Positions 29,883-33,868 of a stretch of 33,868 nt of DNA are shown here, piece by piece. The notes beneath the pieces were generated by a model, which searched no databases, was not told where the DNA came from, and saw only the letters and a list, made by a program, of their open reading frames with translations. Within the stretch, counting starts at the first letter, position 1, and each line of letters starts with the position of its first letter. This DNA is from Oculatellaceae cyanobacterium bins.114 (GTDB lineage Bacteria; Cyanobacteriota; Cyanobacteriia; Elainellales; Elainellaceae): the NCBI GenBank assembly GCA_033764315.1, contig JANRJA010000133.1, forward strand, positions 1 to 33,868, written 5' to 3'. Position numbers and translations under genes: made by a program.

Positions 29883-30293
29883 AAAAGCTATGTTGCTGAA
29901 GACGAAGTGTAGGGGTTCCACCCCCTTCAGATCGAATATTGCCGGGTTAACGGGAGGAATTATGAGTCGGCAAAGTCGCAAGTACAAGAAACAATTTGAC
30001 TGTGGGCATAAAGGCTATGGGCAATATTGTCATCGCTGTGAAGGGGTCAAATCACAGCAAATCACTAGTCCTTCAAGACAAGAATCAACCTACCCTTTCT
30101 ACTCAAAACTCAAAACTGAGGCTTCGACAGGCTCAGCCAACTTAAAACTCAAAACTCAACGTAAAGACGCGATTAATCGCCTCTCTCCTCGTGGGAATCT
30201 GCTCAAAACTCAAAACTCAAACCTCAAACCTTCCAAAGATCAATGGCAGCAAAGCTTTTTGCAAGATTGCATCGATCTCTCATACTTGCCTAA

Positions 30294-31207
30294 GAGGGTG
30301 TTTGAGAAGTTATGAGAGGTCAACTTTTACGCCAAACGCCTCACCATAATCCGGATCATGGCTAGGTAGATGAAAGTTTCTGATGTTTCTGGCAACAATT
30401 CATAGTCTCGAACCAAACGTCTGCATTCCATCCACCATCCAAACGTCCGTTCCACCACCCATCGTTTTTTAAGCACCGAAAAGCCTTTAGTTTGGTGTGG
30501 TCTCAGGACAACTTGGACAATCCAACGGCAAACATCCATCACCCACATCATGAAGGGTGCGCCATCAAAGCCACCATCGGCCCAAATAGTCGTCAAACGA
30601 GATACTCAATGTCCCATCCGCTTGACCCGTTTGAGAACTCGCTTTCCCCCCGTTCGTTCTCCGACACTGGCAGCGGTGACCAACACCCGCAAGACAAGCC
30701 CCAGCGTATCGACCGTCAAAAACCGTTTGCCTCCTTTAATTCGTTTGCCCGCATCGAACCCCACCGCCTGAGCGACTCCGGCTGCACTCTTGACGCTCTG
30801 ACTATCGATGATGGCTTCTGATGGGCTCGGTTGACGCGCTGCCTCCATGCGAATCCACTCTCGCAGGTAATCGTGAATCCTGATCCAGGTTCCGTCTTTG
30901 CGCCAGTTGCGGAAATAGGTGTATACCGTCTGCCACGGGGGGAAATCCCCTGGCAATGATCGCCATCGCACCCCTTCCACTAGGACGTAAAGGATGGCGT
31001 TGAGGACGAGCCGCATATCGACTTCACGAGGACGACCACCCGGTTTTGCAGGGGGAATCAGGTCGCTCAAAAATTCATATTGGGCAAGGGTCAGGTTACT
31101 AGGGTACGCTTTATTCACGTAGCTCACTCAGTGCTGTGTATTTTGTTATTCGCAGCTTAATACTGAGTGAGCTTTCTTACGACGTGCCTGGCTTTTCAAA
31201 CACCCTC
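30294..31207 (-). mobile_element. IS5-family (IS1031-like) insertion sequence, 914 bp, TAA target duplication
   Basis: TIRs GAGGGTGTTTGAGAAG / CTTTTCAAACACCCTC; TAA at 30291-30293 and 31208-31210. Confidence 0.95.
30327..31127 (-). pseudogene. IS5-family DDE transposase with internal in-frame TGA
   Basis: AYPSNLT, GGRPR, WRSLPGDFPPWQTVY, IIDSQS, VDTLG, ADGGF, RWVVERTFGW. The two track ORFs share one frame and are separated by TGA at 30606-30608. Confidence 0.9.
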
Positions 31208-31433
31208 TAAGACAATTGTTTTAAAAGCTCGTCAGATTTTGGCTGATTTACAAAATGGAGTGAGTCTCTATCAGCTTCGAGGCAGGCGCATGAGCTTTGA
31301 CCGCAATCTCATTCGCATTCCCGTGACCTATCGCTATCGGTTGCTCTGCTATCAACAAATGACTCAAATTACGCCACTCAAAGTTATGTCTCACGAAACA
31401 TACAATTCCATTGCTCGTAATACGTTTCGTTAA

Positions 31434-31689
31434 GTGATAGCACAGCCGCTTGACTTTTTTGCTAACAAGCGAATATTGTGACGGCATGGCTTCGCTCTTG
31501 TGGGGGTCAGCCGCACCTCGAAAACCGCATAACTTCGTTGACCCTGGCAGATTGCTTGCCATGATTGGCTTTCAGGCTCTTTAGAAGAGTCTTTATTGAC
31601 AGCCATTTTCAATTATTTTGGCTTTGATCTGACCCCCACAAAATAAGGTACTTCAAACCCTTTTCTAGATTGAGTTCTAGATGGAGGGG
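31434..31689 (+). promoter_or_regulatory. CRISPR leader with candidate sigma70 promoter
   Basis: Non-coding region abutting repeat 1; TTGACT (31450-31455), 18-bp spacer, TATTGT (31474-31479). Confidence 0.6.
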
Positions 31690-32509
31690 GTTCAATTCCT
31701 ATTACCCCGCAAGGGGACGGAAACAATGGGGCGAAAAATTTACAAAATAGAAACACCTGTTCAATTCCTATTACCCCGCAAGGGGACGGAAACGATGAAA
31801 TCCATGAGTTCGTCCAGATGTCTTTCTCCATGTTCAATTCCTATTACCCCGCAAGGGGACGGAAACCAGTACCAGTACCAGTACCAGTTCCAGTTCCACC
31901 AGTTCAATCCCTATTACCCCGCAAGGGGACGGAAACACGAGGTTCTGCTGTAATTGCTCCCCCGTTTTTGCTGCAAGTTCAATTCCTATTACCCCGCAAG
32001 GGGACGGAAACCTGCAGGAAGTTGGATTGTTGTGCCAGCAAGCGAGCGTTCAATTCCTATTACCCCGCAAGGGGACGGAAACACGAAATTAGCCAGCAAT
32101 CAACTGACGGACGACTTCAAGTTCAATTCCTATTACCCCGCAAGGGGACGGAAACTTTATCCCCCATCCGATGATGGCTAGGATAAGGGTTCAATTCCTA
32201 TTACCCCGCAAGGGGACGGAAACGTTACGGGCAGCTTGAAGTGCTGCCTCGTCTTTTGTTCAATTCCTATTACCCCGCAAGGGGACGGAAACGAGAGTCC
32301 TGCTGGGTTGCACCAGCAAGATCAGTAATCGTTCAATTCCTATTACCCCGCAAGGGGACGGAAACGATTTGGCGGACCAGCCCTTGGATCCGGTAAAGGG
32401 TGTTCAATTCCTATTACCCCGCAAGGGGACGGAAACATTGAAAGCTTGAACTTCGCGCACCCAAGTGTCAATTGGTTCAATTCCTATTACCCCGCAAGGG
32501 GACGGAAAC
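31690..32509 (+). CRISPR. CRISPR array: 12 x 35-bp repeats GTTCAATTCCTATTACCCCGCAAGGGGACGGAAAC, 11 spacers of 33-40 bp; type III-like
   Basis: Repeats at 31690, 31759, 31832, 31902 (one T>C), 31977, 32048, 32121, 32189, 32258, 32331, 32402, 32475. CCCC-GCAA-GGGG hairpin plus 8-nt tag ACGGAAAC resembles the Synechocystis 6803 CRISPR2 (III-D) repeat as recalled. Confidence 0.98.
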
Positions 32510-32526
32510 GTGGTAGCAGATGAATC

Positions 32527-32990
32527 AAGAGGAAACGGATGGTTCTCTGATGGGAGGTTGAGGTTGGTAGGGGGCGATCGGTGAGGAACGGATGAGGAGT
32601 CTGTCAACGCCGAGAGTATGACTTAAGAGGAAACGGATGGTTCTCTGATGGGAAGTTGAGGTTGGTAGGGGGCGATCGGTGAGTAACGGATGAGGAGTCT
32701 GTCAACGCCGAGAGTGTGAATTAGGAGGAAACGGATGGTTCTCTGATGAGAGGTTGAGGTTGGTAGGGGGCGATCGCTCACGATAAAGATTTCTTGGATT
32801 GACCTACACTCATCTCCTAACCACTTGCCATCCACTACCCCACAAGACAGCCATCCGTTGCCAACTGATCCCTCGTTGGTAGAGTCAGTTGGCAACGGAT
32901 GAGCTATCTGTGAGGAGTGAGGTGTATGACTTAAGAGGAAACGGATGGTTCTCTGATGAGAGGTTGAGGTTGGTAGGGGGCGATCGCTCA
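32527..32990. repeat. Non-CRISPR tandem repeat: 52-bp core x4 (98-bp period for the first three) plus a 17-bp perfect inverted repeat
   Basis: GAGGAAACGGATGGTTCTCTGATGRGARGTTGAGGTTGGTAGGGGGCGATCG at 32529, 32627, 32725, 32935; CATCCGTTGCCAACTGA (32852-32868) / TCAGTTGGCAACGGATG (32885-32901). Confidence 0.93.
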
Positions 32991-33087
32991 GCTCTTGAGA
33001 AACTGTATAACAGTCAGTTGAGCGGACTATATGAGGGGTGAAGATAGCTGTGATTTGAGTAACAGATTGATGCTCTAATCGTTCTGA

Positions 33088-33549
33088 TTATTGGTATGGT
33101 TCTTTGGTTTTTTGATAAGGTCTCCAAAGATATTGCTCAATATCTCCTTGCCAATTTTGCACAGCTTTAGGGGGCAAGATGCGTTTATATTCCAAGCGCG
33201 ATCGCCCAAAATTGAGTAGTAACCCCACAGGGGCTTGAGTTGCGGCAAGATAGGTAATCACTTGGGCAAGTTCTTTGTCGCCCATGCGCCGAGAAACCGC
33301 TTTATCTTCAACCACGATACACTCGTTGACCCAGTGATCGAGGTAGAGCCGTCCCAGCCAAGTTTGCTCATTAAAAATTTCGAGGTGATACTCCTCTTCA
33401 ACGATCAACCCGTCCTGAAGCATGGCTGCGGTGAGTGCTCTTTGATAATGCTTTTCTTTTAATCCGCGTGGAGTGTCGCGATGAACTTGCATGGCAGCAC
33501 CTATGATGCGATAGGTGATGTCTTGATAGGGAATAACTATGTTGCTCAT
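33088..33549 (-). CDS. GxxExxY family protein (PD-(D/E)xK nuclease-like)
   Basis: TYRIIGAAMQVH..PRGLKEKHYQRAL (GxxExxY), YLDHWVNECIVVEDKAV, AQVITYL, GLLLNFG. Confidence 0.92.
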   Translation of the reverse strand: MSNIVIPYQDITYRIIGAAMQVHRDTPRGLKEKHYQRALTAAMLQDGLIVEEEYHLEIFNEQTWLGRLYLDHWVNECIVVEDKAVSRRMGDKELAQVITYLAATQAPVGLLLNFGRSRLEYKRILPPKAVQNWQGDIEQYLWRPYQKTKEPYQ

Positions 33550-33730
33550 TGTGAGGGTAGAAATGCGCCACCATTAGAGTGCCCATAAAGAACGATCGGT
33601 ATTTAGGGGGACAGTGGGTAACGGATGAGTTTTTTGTGGGGTGGCAATGGACAAGAAATGATACCAATTGAAACAGTCTTTACGACAGATCATCGCCCCG
33701 AACTGATCCCCCTCAGTCTCCCTTTTCAAG

Positions 33731-33868
33731 CAGGGTGGTTTCATTTATGGGGATAAAAATCAAAATGGATTGAGGTGCATTGGCTTCAACCATGACTCAA
33801 CCTCAAACCCTCAATCTCATCGAACACCTCAAACAAATTCCAGACTACCGCAAAGGCAAAGGCAAACG
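33731..33868 (+). mobile_element. Left end of an ISAs1-family IS (transposase starts at 33792, truncated by the window)
   Basis: CAGGGTGGTTTCATT terminus; ORF MTQPQTLNLIEHLKQIPDYRKGKGKR matches the ISAs1 (H-repeat) N-terminal L..IPD.R...GKR pattern. Confidence 0.72.

Larger units (their letters stand above)
29962..31433 (+). pseudogene. Cys/His (Zn-binding-like) + RelE/ParE-like toxin-domain gene interrupted by IS5
   Basis: GGAGGA RBS, ATG 29962. Removing the IS and one TAA fuses ...IDLSYLP-K-TIVLKARQIL... in frame to give 184 aa. N-terminus FDCGHKGYGQYCHRC; C-terminus LRGRRM..DRNLIRIPVTYRYRLL...SHETYN. Confidence 0.8.

Noticed and set aside
32156-32401. Hairpins within spacers 7-10 as evidence of structured-RNA origin
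   Set aside because: Stems are only 5-6 bp and each spacer also reads as a plausible peptide on the antisense strand; not distinguishable from chance without a shuffle test.
31613-32895. Track ORFs across the CRISPR array and tandem repeats
   Set aside because: Translations of repeat DNA.
32527-32990. 98-bp repeats as a second CRISPR array
   Set aside because: The first two linkers are near-identical rather than unique spacers, and the 52-bp core lacks the CRISPR hairpin. Kept as a non-CRISPR repeat.
33640-33674. ATTGAAAC as a degenerate CRISPR repeat end
   Set aside because: Single occurrence with no hairpin or periodicity.
1-33868. Frequent GCGATCGC as a novel repeat
   Set aside because: This is the well-known cyanobacterial HIP1 octamer.

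Overview
Cyanobacterial chromosomal window (the HIP1 octamer GCGATCGC is abundant throughout). Bases 1-23 kb are mostly housekeeping or conserved genes: mlaE, DUF3119/DUF3086-like genes, an ABC1 kinase, Tat-exported phoX, an ADP-ribosylglycohydrolase, an esterase with an in-frame amber stop, an SDR, divergent sucCD (the catalytic His motif of SucD reads GYTEA), aroA, a probable Fur-regulated pair, a CADD-like diiron oxidase, a stand-alone EF-G paralogue and glyS. Bases 23-34 kb are accessory. They hold an NfeD-like gene divergent from an HTH-STAND-TPR gene with phased direct repeats between them, nested MITE/REP elements, an unannotated 46-aa two-repeat microprotein, and a U32-family gene with three in-frame palindromic REP insertions. 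Next come an orphan cas2 and a Cys/His-motif + RelE/ParE-like gene split by an IS5-family element. A 12-repeat type III-like CRISPR array follows, whose spacers mostly read as coding on the antisense strand. The array runs directly into a second, non-CRISPR 98-bp tandem repeat/hairpin array (AACGGATG motif) beside a GxxExxY nuclease gene, and an ISAs1 left end sits at the window edge. The most intriguing candidate systems are the CRISPR/98-bp-repeat/GxxExxY junction, the toxin-like gene inside the cas2-leader interval and the NfeD/STAND module. All family assignments come from motif recognition, not database searches.
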